Shown here in pieces: positions 36,440-46,420 of a stretch of DNA of 64,000 bases. The stretch lies in contig DATAUK010000009.1 of the NCBI GenBank assembly GCA_036268295.1, forward strand, positions 1,625 through 65,624. Direction: 5' to 3'. The translations under genes were made by a program, and so were the position numbers. Position 1 is the stretch's first letter; the number at the start of each line of letters is the position of its first letter. The notes beneath the pieces are model-generated. The model worked only from the letters and a program-made list of their open reading frames with translations, had not been told where the DNA came from and searched no databases. Source of the DNA: Mycobacteriales bacterium. Lineage in GTDB: Bacteria > Actinomycetota > Actinomycetes > JAFAQI01.

Positions 36440-36901
36440 GTGAGGCTTGAGCCGGTCACGGACCCGGCCACGCGCGCCGAACTGCTCGGCGGCGAGCTCG
36501 CGGGCCGGCAGGCGGCGCCGGGCTGGCCGCATGAGGACACCGAGCCCGGGATGAGCTTTCTCGATTTCGGTGGTGCGGTTTTCCTGATCCTCGACGACGA
36601 CGACCGGATCGCCGGCGAGTGCGGCACCAAGACCGCACCCGATCCGGTTGGCATCGTCGAGATCGGCTACGGACTCGCTCCGGGCAGCCGCGGTCGTAGC
36701 CTCGGCGGCCGGGCGGTCACGGCCCTGGTTGACCGGCTGGCCGAGCGACCCGAAGTGGCAGTCGTCGAGGCCGAGGCCCACGTCGGGAACGAGCCGTCCT
36801 GGCGGATCCTTGAACGCATCGGCTTCGTCCCGACCGGCGTCGAAGCGCATGGCTATCGCCGCTATGGCCTCGACCTCGCGCACTGGCGGAGTCGCGCTTA
36901 G
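36440..36901 (+). CDS. GNAT-family N-acetyltransferase
   Basis: VEIGYGLAPGSRGRSLGGRAVTALV...A.V...N.PS.RILERIGF. Confidence 0.75.
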   Translation: MRLEPVTDPATRAELLGGELAGRQAAPGWPHEDTEPGMSFLDFGGAVFLILDDDDRIAGECGTKTAPDPVGIVEIGYGLAPGSRGRSLGGRAVTALVDRLAERPEVAVVEAEAHVGNEPSWRILERIGFVPTGVEAHGYRRYGLDLAHWRSRA

Positions 36902-37023
36902 CGGCTGCCGCTTAGCCCGATTGCATCAGCCGGCGAACATTGCACCCTCATGCGGAGCGGGATCCGCCAGGTTCACCCGTTTGCCGTATCAAGTCGGCGC
37001 CGGCTGTTAGATACGTTTCCTTC

Positions 37024-37881
37024 ATGCCGACGTGGCCTGACGCGCAGCAGCTCCGCCGCTGCGCCCTCGGAGTTGCGGTGCTGCATGACATCGACGTCAT
37101 GCCGTCGCCGCACGGCGTCGTGCTGCCCGGCTCCCCAGATGTCACGATCAGCTGGGCCGAGTGCCGCCGCGCGATCGCGGGCGAGGAGCCGGAGTCCTCG
37201 GCCGGCCGGCAGCGGCTGAAACGCTGGCTTGAGCTGCGCCGCTGGATCGCCGACCGCCCGATCGAGGATCTCGCCGAGCGCGCCCGGCCGTACGGCGCCT
37301 GCGTTGAGTCGCCGCTGCATCCCGGCCTCGATTGGGTCCGCCGGCGGGTCCTCGGCGATGCCCTCGATCTCGGCTTCGGCCTCGTCGGCATCGACCCCGA
37401 CCAACCCGACCTCGTCGTCCCGATTCCCCACCAGCTGATGCAGGCCGCGGGCATCGAGCCCTCGCCGTGGTGGCCGACCGCGATCGTGTATCTCGAGCGG
37501 ATGGGCGAGATGGCCGCCGAGCGGATCGACCGGACACCACTCGCGCCGCTTCGGCCGATGGGTGACTGCGATGTCGTGACCCTGCTGGGGTCACGGACGC
37601 TTCGGCAGGCGATCGTCGCCGAGATCCCCGACGGAATGCGGACCGTCGCGGTGCCGATGCGGACCCGCGGCTGGCTGGACCTCAACCGGATCGATCCGGC
37701 GTTCTCCGCCGCCGCCGCCAGGCTTACTGAGGTAGCGGATCGCGGGTTCGACCGGCCGCTGCTGGTCACTCGCGAAGAGGTCGCACTTGCCCGCGAGGAT
37801 GGCGACGTCATCCGGGCCGGCATCGAGGACCGGCTGGCGAAGGTCATCGACATCCGCGACGTGCTCTACCACCGCAACTAG
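37024..37881 (+). CDS. conserved hypothetical protein
   Basis: ORF 36940..37881, with ATG 37024 (MPTWPDAQQL) the likely start. Ordinary composition. The antisense ORF 36948..37853 is Ser/Arg-rich. Confidence 0.55.
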   Translation: MPTWPDAQQLRRCALGVAVLHDIDVMPSPHGVVLPGSPDVTISWAECRRAIAGEEPESSAGRQRLKRWLELRRWIADRPIEDLAERARPYGACVESPLHPGLDWVRRRVLGDALDLGFGLVGIDPDQPDLVVPIPHQLMQAAGIEPSPWWPTAIVYLERMGEMAAERIDRTPLAPLRPMGDCDVVTLLGSRTLRQAIVAEIPDGMRTVAVPMRTRGWLDLNRIDPAFSAAAARLTEVADRGFDRPLLVTREEVALAREDGDVIRAGIEDRLAKVIDIRDVLYHRN

Positions 37882-37903
37882 TGTCCTGAGGACGCTAGCG
37901 CTC

Positions 37904-38698
37904 TCAGCACCCGTCGCTCGGCCGTTCCGGGAAGACGTCGGCATGGCCGTGATCCGCGGCTCGCCGAAACGCGGCACGAGCCGGCTTACCCAGCCGCGCC
38001 GAATACGACGTCGACGGGACGCACCCGCCCTGGTGCAGGCCGCCAATCACCCCGACGACGGTGCGGACCTTGCCCGACCCGACCAGCCACGGTGAGCCAC
38101 TCGTACCGCCGGGATATCCGCCGCAGTTGAACGCTGGATAGCCCTGATGCCGGTAAACCGGCGCGCGGCAGGTGATCGGACGGTTGGCGGCGCCCAGCGG
38201 ATAACCGGGAACCGTCACGTATTGCCCGGCCTTCGCAGCGGCGCCGAGCCGATTGCCGCCGACCGCATTCTGCAACCGCAGGACCTTGCCGTTCTTCGAG
38301 TGGTTTGCGACCCGCAAGAACGCCCAGTCGCGCTGGGTGTCGGTGTGATGGATCCATCGCGGGCTGCCGTATGCCGCAGTGACCTTCCACACTCCGTACG
38401 GCGCTTTGCCGTTGTCGTCGGCCGGCACGAAGACGTAGCCACGACCGTTGCCGGTCATGCAATGCGCGGCGGTCATGATCACGTCACGAGTCCTGCTGCG
38501 GATCACGCTCGCGGTGCAGGTGTGCAACGTGGGATAGGCGTTCGGCATGAACAGCGCCCCGACCGTCGGAGTGCCCGCGAAGCTGTGGGCGTTCCGGCCG
38601 GCGTGGATCGTGACGTGAGAAGCAGCGGGTGTCACCTTGACGATCGGTGTCGCCGGCGCAGTCGGGCTGGCTGAGGCGCTGCAGCTCAACGCGAGCAT
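37904..38698 (-). CDS. trypsin-like (S1) serine peptidase, N-terminus uncertain (possibly extends to 38740)
   Basis: VIMTAAHCM (His) and GGTSGSPWL (Ser). ATG 38698 leaves only MLALSCSASASP as a leader. The in-frame upstream codons are hydrophobic (see finding). Confidence 0.8.
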   Translation of the reverse strand: MLALSCSASASPTAPATPIVKVTPAASHVTIHAGRNAHSFAGTPTVGALFMPNAYPTLHTCTASVIRSRTRDVIMTAAHCMTGNGRGYVFVPADDNGKAPYGVWKVTAAYGSPRWIHHTDTQRDWAFLRVANHSKNGKVLRLQNAVGGNRLGAAAKAGQYVTVPGYPLGAANRPITCRAPVYRHQGYPAFNCGGYPGGTSGSPWLVGSGKVRTVVGVIGGLHQGGCVPSTSYSARLGKPARAAFRRAADHGHADVFPERPSDGC

Positions 38699-38736
38699 GG
38701 CGAGAGCGGCGGTCGCGATCGACGCCGAAAGCCAGC

Positions 38737-40635
38737 TCAGCGCGGCGCCACCGCGTCGTGGTCGACGCTGGCGGCAGCCTCGACGATTTGGCGCGCAACC
38801 TCCTGCGCCGACAGCCCGGCCGAGGCGAGCACACCCGAGCGGCTGCCATGAGGAACGAAGCAGTGCGGAAGCGCGACGTCACACATCGGCACCTTGATCC
38901 CGTTGGCCCGCAGCAGCCGGGACACCGCAGATCCGACGCCACCGGCGATCACACCGTCCTCGACGACCGCGACCAGCTCGTGAGCGGCGCACAGCGCCGG
39001 CAGCCCGGCGTCGACCGGCAACACCCAGCGAGGATCCACCACCGTGACACCAAGTCCTTGTGCCGCAACGCGTTCGGCGACATCGAGGCACAACGGCGCG
39101 AGCGCGCCAACGGAAACGATCAGGACCTCACTGGACTCATCACGGCGCAGGATGTCCATCGACCCGACCCGGTCGACCGCGGCGATGTCACCACCAGCGG
39201 GTGCCTTGGGGAACCGCATCGCGGTCGGGCCGGTCTCGTCCGCGACCGCTTCCCGCAACAGCTCCCGGACCCGGGCCGAGTCGCGTGGCGCCGCGACCCG
39301 CATTCCCGGCACGACACCAAGGATCGCGAGATCCCACATGCCGTGATGGGAGGGGCCGTCGGGCCCGGTCACGCCGGCCCGGTCGAGCACGAACGTCACC
39401 GGCAGCTTGTGCATCGCGACGTCCATCAACACCTGGTCGAAGGCCCGGTTGAGGAACGTCGCGTACAGACACACGACTGGGTGAAGGCCGCCGAGCGCCA
39501 GTCCGGCCGCGGAGGTGACGGCGTGCTGCTCGGCGATGCCGACGTCGAAGACCCGGTTCGGGAACTGTTGGGCGAAGCGATGGAGCCCGACCGGCATCAG
39601 CATCGCCGCCGTCACACCAACCACGTCCTCGCGCTCGGTGCCAAGCGCCAGCATCTCCTCGGCGAAGATGTCGGTCCAGGTCGGCAGCGACGCGGTGACC
39701 GGCTGCCCGGTGGCCGGATCGATCACCGCGATGGTGTGAAACTGGTCGGCCTCGTCGTCGACCGCCGGCGGGTAGCCACGACCCTTCTCGGTCAGGCAGT
39801 GCACGATCACCGGCGCACCGAAGTCGCGGGCGTTGCGCAGCGCCCGCTCCACCGCGAGGACGTCGTGCCCGTCGATCGGTCCGACGTACTTCAGGCCGAG
39901 GTCCTCGAACATCGCCTGCGGCTGGATCAGGTCCTTGAGACCCTTCTTCATGCCGTGCAGAGCTTCGTAGATCGGCGCCCCGACCACGGGCGTGCGGGCC
40001 AGCGAGGTCCGGACCATGTCGAGCATCTGCTCGTACGACGGCGACAGCCGCAGGTTGGCCAGGTGTGCCGCGAGCCCGCCGACCGTCGGCGCATAGGAGC
40101 GGCCGTTGTCGTTGACGACGATGACCACCGGTCGGTCGCTGCCGGCCGCAATCGTGTTGAGGGCCTCCCAGCTCATGCCACCGGTCAACGAGCCGTCCCC
40201 GACGACTGCGACGACCGCACGGTCGGTCGCTCCACGCACCGCGAAGGCCTTGGCCAGCCCATCGGCGTACGACAGCGCGGTCGAGGCGTGGGAGTTCTCG
40301 ACCCAGTCGTGCGGACTCTCGGCGCGCGACGGGTAGCCCGACAGGCCGTCGGCCTGGCGCAGCGTGTCGAACTGCTCACGCCGGCCGGTGAGGATCTTGT
40401 GGACGTAGGACTGGTGACCGGTGTCCCAGACGATCGCGTCACGCGGTGAGTCGAAGACCCGGTGCAGCGCCATCGTGAGCTCGACGACGCCGAGGTTCGG
40501 TCCGAGGTGTCCGCCGGTGCGCGCCACCGATTCGACCAGGAACTCGCGGATCTCCTGTGCCAGCGCGGGAAGCTGCGCCGGCTCGACACGTTTGAGGTCG
40601 GCAGGTCCGTTGATCGACCCGAGCAGGCTGGTCAC
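38737..40635 (-). CDS. dxs: 1-deoxy-D-xylulose-5-phosphate synthase
   Basis: [54 protein letters not shown] and DRAG.TG.DGPSHHG. Start trimmed to the GTG at 40635 (VTSLLGSI), as homologues begin here. Confidence 0.93.
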   Translation of the reverse strand: MTSLLGSINGPADLKRVEPAQLPALAQEIREFLVESVARTGGHLGPNLGVVELTMALHRVFDSPRDAIVWDTGHQSYVHKILTGRREQFDTLRQADGLSGYPSRAESPHDWVENSHASTALSYADGLAKAFAVRGATDRAVVAVVGDGSLTGGMSWEALNTIAAGSDRPVVIVVNDNGRSYAPTVGGLAAHLANLRLSPSYEQMLDMVRTSLARTPVVGAPIYEALHGMKKGLKDLIQPQAMFEDLGLKYVGPIDGHDVLAVERALRNARDFGAPVIVHCLTEKGRGYPPAVDDEADQFHTIAVIDPATGQPVTASLPTWTDIFAEEMLALGTEREDVVGVTAAMLMPVGLHRFAQQFPNRVFDVGIAEQHAVTSAAGLALGGLHPVVCLYATFLNRAFDQVLMDVAMHKLPVTFVLDRAGVTGPDGPSHHGMWDLAILGVVPGMRVAAPRDSARVRELLREAVADETGPTAMRFPKAPAGGDIAAVDRVGSMDILRRDESSEVLIVSVGALAPLCLDVAERVAAQGLGVTVVDPRWVLPVDAGLPALCAAHELVAVVEDGVIAGGVGSAVSRLLRANGIKVPMCDVALPHCFVPHGSRSGVLASAGLSAQEVARQIVEAAASVDHDAVAPR

Positions 40636-40754
40636 GGGATCGAGTCTAGAACCGGGCGATGAGGCATGCTCGGTTGGTGGACGGTCCGCCGCCTCGCCGC
40701 CACAACACGCCGATCCGGATTCCCCTCGCGTGCTGCGCTGGGACGCAGCGACGA

Positions 40755-41669
40755 TCACCGGATCTGACACGTGATAGTCAGGTGGATCGTCTGCCCGGCA
40801 ACGACAGTTCTCGGCGCCGGCAGCGGACAGCCTGGCAAACGTCCGCTGTTGATTTGCGGCGAGATGCCGTCGAAGTAGTAGCGGCCGGGTGGCAGGCTGA
40901 ACCTGAAGCGTCCTGAGTTCGCCGCAAACCCCCGGGCCCGGCCTGAGCGCGAGTTGGAATGCGCCTCGATCGTGCCGGCCAGCGGCACGCCCGCTGCGCC
41001 AACCGGCCCGCCCGCTCGCTTGAAGGTTCCGATCACCGTCCCCGATCCCGCCTCGTCGAATCCGGCCGTGTCATACCGTTCGAGCCGCCCGATGATCGTG
41101 CCGGTCGAGTTCAGCAGGATCAACTGGTCTCCCTGCACCCAGGCGTACTGCGCGGACCTCACCAGGCGCACCTCCGGCGCGAGGGTGCGGGCAGGGCACT
41201 TCACGTCCGTCGAGAACGACTGCCTTATGTCGAAGAGCCCCCCGGCACCGAGCTGGAACCGACCGCTGGAGATGTTGCAGCCGTCCGAGCCGGCCCACCT
41301 GCCGCGGTAGTCGAAGTTGACCGAACCACTCCGCTGGCGAGCGGACGGGTTGATCGAGCGCCAGTGCCCGACCAGCTCGGCGAGGGTCGCCGGCCGCATC
41401 CCGGTCGACGGCGTCGTCGACGGCAACGGCGGTGGTGGTGCCGGTGAGGCGATCACCTTCTGGCGCGCCGACCCACCGGAGTCCGGCAGGGTCGCCACGA
41501 CGACGACGGCAGCAACGACGGCAACCGTCGCGGCAACCAGACCGGCGCGCCAGGCCCGGCGGTGCCGCTCCGCCCGCCGGAAGACGTCGTCGAAGACCGC
41601 GGCGGTCGGGCCGGCTGCTGCCTCGTCGAGCCACCGGCGCAACTCATCGGGACCGAGCGGTGAGCTCAC
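40755..41669 (-). CDS. membrane-anchored META-domain protein, probable anti-sigma partner
   Basis: N-terminal cytoplasmic segment, one TM ([18 protein letters not shown]) and a Pro-rich linker. LVGHWRS...[16 protein letters not shown] is META/HslJ-like. GTGA overlap with the sigma gene stop. Confidence 0.6.
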   Translation of the reverse strand: MSSPLGPDELRRWLDEAAAGPTAAVFDDVFRRAERHRRAWRAGLVAATVAVVAAVVVVATLPDSGGSARQKVIASPAPPPPLPSTTPSTGMRPATLAELVGHWRSINPSARQRSGSVNFDYRGRWAGSDGCNISSGRFQLGAGGLFDIRQSFSTDVKCPARTLAPEVRLVRSAQYAWVQGDQLILLNSTGTIIGRLERYDTAGFDEAGSGTVIGTFKRAGGPVGAAGVPLAGTIEAHSNSRSGRARGFAANSGRFRFSLPPGRYYFDGISPQINSGRLPGCPLPAPRTVVAGQTIHLTITCQIR

Positions 41670-42166
41670 GACGGGCTCCCGGCGAGCAGCTCGCCGAGTC
41701 TCGCGAGCCCACGCGAGGTGTAGGACTTCACGCTGCCGATCGACACTCTCATCAGGTCGGCGGTCGCTGCCTCGCTCAGGTCGGCGAAGTACCTCAGCAC
41801 GACGGCCTCCCGCTGCCGCCGCGGCAACGCGGCGATCGCGGCCCGGATCGCCAGCTGACCGGCGACATCCGGATCGGAGACCTCGTCTGGTGCCAGCGCG
41901 GCGGCATGCCGGCGAGCGGTCTGCTTGCGACGCCAGGCTGAGCGGGTGAGGTTGACGACGGTCCGCCGCAGATAGGCGCCTGCCTGGGCCGGATCCCGGA
42001 GCCGGCCGCGACGGTAGACCCGGATGAAGGCGCTCTGCACGACGTCCTCGGCGTCGCCGGGATCGCCGAGTAGCCGCGCCAGTCGGACCAGCTTGTCGTA
42101 GTCGGCGACGAACAACCCGGCCAGCAAGGAGCGGTCGGAGGTGGTCTCATCCCCGACCACGCGCAT
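41666..42166 (-). CDS. ECF-type RNA polymerase sigma factor
   Basis: DAEDVVQSAFIRV (region 2), then LP.RQREAVVLRYF.DLS..ATADLM.VS.GSVKSYTSRGL (region 4). Confidence 0.88.
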   Translation of the reverse strand: MRVVGDETTSDRSLLAGLFVADYDKLVRLARLLGDPGDAEDVVQSAFIRVYRRGRLRDPAQAGAYLRRTVVNLTRSAWRRKQTARRHAAALAPDEVSDPDVAGQLAIRAAIAALPRRQREAVVLRYFADLSEAATADLMRVSIGSVKSYTSRGLARLGELLAGSPS

Positions 42167-42230
42167 ACCCCTGTCCTCGCCGGCGACACACCACTACCAC
42201 GCCGTGCCTACCCGAAAGGTTGTGCCGCCG

Positions 42231-42593
42231 CTACAACCTGGCCGCCCATCGCTCGCCGCGAAGCGCGCGCCAGATCAGGTCGGCGGCCACGCTGGCGCTG
42301 CGAAGCCGATGGCGCTCATGCTCGTACGCCGCCACCGCCTCGTCGACGGTCTCCGGCGGGACGAGACCGCGCAGGTCATGGCGCACCGTCCGCATCCCCG
42401 ACTCCGCGGCGTCGACCGCGGCCGTGAGGGACGCCTTGGCGACATGTGCTAACACCACCGGATGGCGGCGCAGCGCGTCGTACCCGCGGTAGTCGGCCGG
42501 GCACTGGTCGAAGAGCCAGGCGACGGCGCGGATCTCCCAGTCGCCGACGCCCGGGTCCGGGACCTCGGCTGGCCAGCCGGTCGGCGCCGCCAT
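42231..42593 (-). CDS. conserved hypothetical protein
   Basis: ATG 42593 (MAAPTGWPAEVPDPG) shares one base with the upstream stop (TGATG). Confidence 0.5.
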   Translation of the reverse strand: MAAPTGWPAEVPDPGVGDWEIRAVAWLFDQCPADYRGYDALRRHPVVLAHVAKASLTAAVDAAESGMRTVRHDLRGLVPPETVDEAVAAYEHERHRLRSASVAADLIWRALRGERWAARL

Positions 42594-43699
42594 CAGGTCG
42601 CCGCTTCCGCGACCAGCAGCGCGACGCACTCGACGTGCGCCGTCATCGGGAACAGGTCGAATGCCCGGAGCGCCTCGAGTCGATAGCCATGACCGGCGAA
42701 CAGCGACACGTCACGAGCCAGCGAGGACGGGTCGCAGGCCACGTGAACCACCCGGCGGGGCGCGGCGGCGGCGATGCCGGCCACGACCGCCGAGCCGGCG
42801 CCTTTGCGCGGTGGGTCGAGGACGACGGCGTCAGCCCGTGGCCGGGACCGTGACAGCCACCTGGCGACCCGACCGGTGGCAACGGTGACGTTCGGGCAGT
42901 CAGCCAGGTTGCTCCGCGCCGCTGCGGCCGCCGCCGAGTCGCTCTCGACCGCGAGGACCTGACCGGTCGAGGCAAGCGGGGAGATGACACCGGCGAACAG
43001 CCCGACACCGCAATAGAGGTCGAGGCACACATCAGAGGGCGCGATCGCCGCGAAGTCGACGACGGTCCGGGCGAGCACCTCGGGAGCTCCTGGATGGACC
43101 TGCCAGAAGCCACCCGCCGGGATCCGCCAGGACCGACCGACCGCCGACTCGACATCGCTGACGACAAGATCGACACCGTCGCTGTCCGGCCACTTCTGCG
43201 AGACTACGGAGGCCACCGGCAGCTCGGGATGTGCCAGCAGGCAGTCACCGATCGGCTCGATCTCGTGCGACCGGTGGCGATGCAGACCGGCGACCCCGTC
43301 GCCGTCCACCGCGAGCCGCAGCCGGGTCCGCCAGTGCAGCCCCCCGACGTCGCCGGGCACCGCCTCGACGACCACCGGCAGATCAAGCCCGGCGATCCGC
43401 CGCAGCTGCTCGCCGATCACCGTCGCCTTGAGCCGGCGCTGCTCGTCAAGTTCGACGTGCTGCCAGTCACACCCGCCGCACCGGCCCGGACCGGCCCACT
43501 CGCATGGCGGCGTAACCCGATGCTCGGAGGCGCGCAGGATCTCGACCGCGTCGGCCCGCAGGTACGACGGCCGCTCCTCGGTGATTTCGACCCGCACCTG
43601 CTCACCGGGCAGCGCGTGGCGGACGAACACCGCGCGCCCGTCAGGCGCGTGAGCGATGCAGATGCCGCCGTGGCCGACCGGCCCGACGTCGAGGATCAC
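42593..43699 (-). CDS. TRAM-domain class I SAM-dependent RNA (uracil-5) methyltransferase (TrmA/RlmD family)
   Basis: HGG.C.A......VFVRHALPGE.V.V.I.E, a CGGC.WQH cluster, F.Q.....E.L, DLYCGVGLF, DPPR.G and the C-terminal Cys context HVACDPSSLARD. The GTG at 43699 overlaps the permease stop (GTGA). Confidence 0.82.
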   Translation of the reverse strand: MILDVGPVGHGGICIAHAPDGRAVFVRHALPGEQVRVEITEERPSYLRADAVEILRASEHRVTPPCEWAGPGRCGGCDWQHVELDEQRRLKATVIGEQLRRIAGLDLPVVVEAVPGDVGGLHWRTRLRLAVDGDGVAGLHRHRSHEIEPIGDCLLAHPELPVASVVSQKWPDSDGVDLVVSDVESAVGRSWRIPAGGFWQVHPGAPEVLARTVVDFAAIAPSDVCLDLYCGVGLFAGVISPLASTGQVLAVESDSAAAAAARSNLADCPNVTVATGRVARWLSRSRPRADAVVLDPPRKGAGSAVVAGIAAAAPRRVVHVACDPSSLARDVSLFAGHGYRLEALRAFDLFPMTAHVECVALLVAEAAT

Positions 43700-45708
43700 T
43701 TCTGCTGGGGCGGTGGCGGCGGTGGCGTGACCGACTTCAGCTCGACCGCGCGGCGGACGTCGCCAGCAACCGGCCGGGCGCGCTGCACCACCTTGCCCGA
43801 CGACTTCAGCTGGTAGGGCACGCTCGTCACCATCACCCCGCGCATGAACAGCAGCCGGCCCTTGAGGCGGAGCGCGTGCTGGTTGTGCAGCAGCTGTTCC
43901 CACCACTGCCCGACGACGTACTCCGGGATGAAGATTGAGACCACGTCGCGAGGGCTGGAACGGTTGATCTCCTTGATGTATTTGATGATCGGCCGCGAAA
44001 TCTCTCGGTACGGCGAGTCGAGGATCTGCAGCGGCACTGGAACGCCGCGGCGATCCCACTCGGCCCGCAGCGCGTCGGTCGCCGCATGGTCGACCGAAAC
44101 CGTCAGCGCCACCAGGGTCGACGGCCTGGTCGCGCGGGCGTAGTTCAGCGCCCGAAGCGTGGCCTTGTGAATCCGCGAGACCAACACGATCGCGTGGACC
44201 CGCGAGGGCAGCACGTCGTCCTCGTCGTCCGGCACGAGCTCCTCGTGGACCAGGTCGTAGTGATGGCGGATCCCGCGCATCATCGTGAACAGCACGATCA
44301 TCGCCACGATCGCGATCCACGCGCCTTGGGTGAACTTCGAGATCAGGATGATCGTGAGCACCAAGACCGTCACGACCGCGCCGATGCTGTTGATCACCCG
44401 CGAGCGCTTCATCTGCCGTCGTCGGGCCGGGTCCTCGGTCAGCGGCAGGTTGCGGTTCCAGTGCCTGATCATGCCGATCTGGCTGTTCACGAACGAGACG
44501 AACACACCGACGATGTAGAGCTGGATCAACCGTGTCGGCGACGCCGAGAACGCCACGATCAGCACAATCGCGAACCCGGCCAGCAGCAGGATGCCGTTGC
44601 TGAACGCGAGCCGGTCGCCGCGGGTGTGCAGCTGGCGGGGCAGGTAGCCGTCGTTGGCGAGGATCGAGGCGAGCACCGGAAATCCGTTGAACGCAGTGTT
44701 CGCGGCGAGCACCAGTATCAGCGCGGTCATCGCCTGCAGGTAGTAGAAGCCAAAGGACCCGCTGCCGAAGACCGCGATGCCGACCTGCGCGATCACCGTC
44801 TTTGGCTCCTGCCCCTTCGGCAGGCCGACCAGGTTCTTGGGCAGCTCGGCGACATGGACATGAGAGATGATCGCCAGTGCCGTGATCGCCAGGAACATGC
44901 TGACCGCGATCCCGCCGAGCAGCGCCAGCGTGGTCGCGGCGTTCTTGCTCTTCGGCTTCTGGAACGCCGGCACGCCGTTGCTGATCGCCTCAACGCCGGT
45001 CAGCGCAGTGCACCCGGAGGCGAACGCACGCAGCAGCAGGAAGACCAGTGCCAGCCCGGAGTAGTTGCGCGCCTTGATCACCCGGTAGTGCGCACTCTCG
45101 GCGGTGAGGTGGTGGCCGGCGCCGAGCTTGAACGCCGCGACCACGATCAGTGCCGTCACGCCGGCGACAAAGGCGTACGTCGGGATCGCAAATGCAGTGC
45201 CGGACTCGCGGACGCCGCGCAGGTTGAGCAGCGTGATGATCGCGACCGTGGCGACCGCGATGACAACAGCGTGTCCTTGCAGTGCCGTGACGGCGGAGGT
45301 GATGTTGGCGACGCCGGAGCTGACCGAGACCGCAACCGTCAGCACGTAGTCGACCATCAGCGCGCTCGCGACGGTCAGCCCGGCGCGTCTGCCCAGGTTG
45401 GTCGTCGCGACCTCATAGTCGCCGCCCCCGCTGGGATAGGCGTGGACGTTCTGCCGGTAGGAGGCCACAACGACGAGCATCAGGAACGCGACGCCGGCCG
45501 CGGCGTACCAGGTGAAGTGGATGAGGGTCAGCCCGCCGAGGGACAGCACGAGCAGGATTTCCTCGGTCGCATAAGCAACTGAGGACAGCGCGTCGCTGGC
45601 AAAGACCGGCAGCGCCAGCCGCTTCGGCAGCAGCGTCTCACCGAGTTGGGTGCTCCGCAGTGGGCGACCGACGAACAGCCGTTTAGAGAGGTCACCCAGC
45701 GATGGCAC
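43696..45708 (-). CDS. APC-family permease with large cytoplasmic C-terminal domain
   Basis: LPVFASDALSSVAYATEEIL, SGGGDY and about 12 TM helices, then an approximately 230-aa soluble tail. Start trimmed to the GTG at 45708 (VPSLGDLSKRLF). Divergent from the trkA pair, as in other actinobacteria. Confidence 0.8.
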   Translation of the reverse strand: MPSLGDLSKRLFVGRPLRSTQLGETLLPKRLALPVFASDALSSVAYATEEILLVLSLGGLTLIHFTWYAAAGVAFLMLVVVASYRQNVHAYPSGGGDYEVATTNLGRRAGLTVASALMVDYVLTVAVSVSSGVANITSAVTALQGHAVVIAVATVAIITLLNLRGVRESGTAFAIPTYAFVAGVTALIVVAAFKLGAGHHLTAESAHYRVIKARNYSGLALVFLLLRAFASGCTALTGVEAISNGVPAFQKPKSKNAATTLALLGGIAVSMFLAITALAIISHVHVAELPKNLVGLPKGQEPKTVIAQVGIAVFGSGSFGFYYLQAMTALILVLAANTAFNGFPVLASILANDGYLPRQLHTRGDRLAFSNGILLLAGFAIVLIVAFSASPTRLIQLYIVGVFVSFVNSQIGMIRHWNRNLPLTEDPARRRQMKRSRVINSIGAVVTVLVLTIILISKFTQGAWIAIVAMIVLFTMMRGIRHHYDLVHEELVPDDEDDVLPSRVHAIVLVSRIHKATLRALNYARATRPSTLVALTVSVDHAATDALRAEWDRRGVPVPLQILDSPYREISRPIIKYIKEINRSSPRDVVSIFIPEYVVGQWWEQLLHNQHALRLKGRLLFMRGVMVTSVPYQLKSSGKVVQRARPVAGDVRRAVELKSVTPPPPPPQQK

Positions 45709-45751
45709 TCGGCAAGCGTACGGGCTGGCGCGTCCGTGTAGCGTCTGCCCG

Positions 45752-46420
45752 GTGCACGTTGTGATCATGGGATGTGGCCGGGTCGGCACGACCATCGCCA
45801 AGAGCCTCGAGGCGGCCGGCCATTCGGTCGCCATCGTCGACCAGGATGCGACTGCGTTTCGGCGGCTGCCGGCCGACTTTGCCGGCAAGCAGGTGACCGG
45901 GGTCGGCTTCGACCGCGACACCTTGATCGAGGCCGGCATCGAGCAGGCATCGGCGTTCGCGGCGGTGTCCAGCGGCGACAACTCCAACATCATCGCCGCG
46001 CGGGTCGCCCGCGAGACGTTCGGCATCGACAACGTGGTCGCCCGGATCTACGACCCGCGCCGGGCCGAGGTCTACAGCCGGCTCGGCATCCCGACCGTCG
46101 CCACCGTCCGCTGGACCGCTGACTCGATGCTTCGCCGGCTGATCCCGGAGGGCGCATACAGCGAGTGGGCCGACCCGACCGGCCACATCGCGCTGTCTGA
46201 GATCGGCTACGACGTCGGCTGGGTCGGCCGATCGGTCGGCGAGATCCAGTCCGCCGCCGAAGGCATCCGGGTGGCATTCTTCAGCCGGTACGGCGAGGCC
46301 ATCCTGCCGAGCCGAGAAAGTGCGTTGCAGGACGGCGACCAGCTCTTCGTGCTGGTGATCCGCTCGGACATCAAGCGGTTCGAGAAGATCCTCGGGGCCG
46401 CTCCGGAAGAGCACTCGTGA
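45752..46420 (+). CDS. trkA: TrkA-family potassium uptake protein (CeoB-like)
   Basis: VHVVIMGCGRVGTTIAKSL (Rossmann GxGxxG), with a TrkA-C region at the end. The GTG at 45752 is the chosen start. Confidence 0.88.
   Translation: MHVVIMGCGRVGTTIAKSLEAAGHSVAIVDQDATAFRRLPADFAGKQVTGVGFDRDTLIEAGIEQASAFAAVSSGDNSNIIAARVARETFGIDNVVARIYDPRRAEVYSRLGIPTVATVRWTADSMLRRLIPEGAYSEWADPTGHIALSEIGYDVGWVGRSVGEIQSAAEGIRVAFFSRYGEAILPSRESALQDGDQLFVLVIRSDIKRFEKILGAAPEEHS

Noticed and set aside
38647-40449. 600-aa plus-strand ORF
   Set aside because: It is antisense to dxs, whose motifs are unambiguous. The composition (R, D, G, H runs) is typical of a GC-frame artefact.
44086-45582. 498-aa plus-strand ORF
   Set aside because: It is antisense to the APC permease, highly charged (R/D/H/Q), and has no hydrophobic periodicity.
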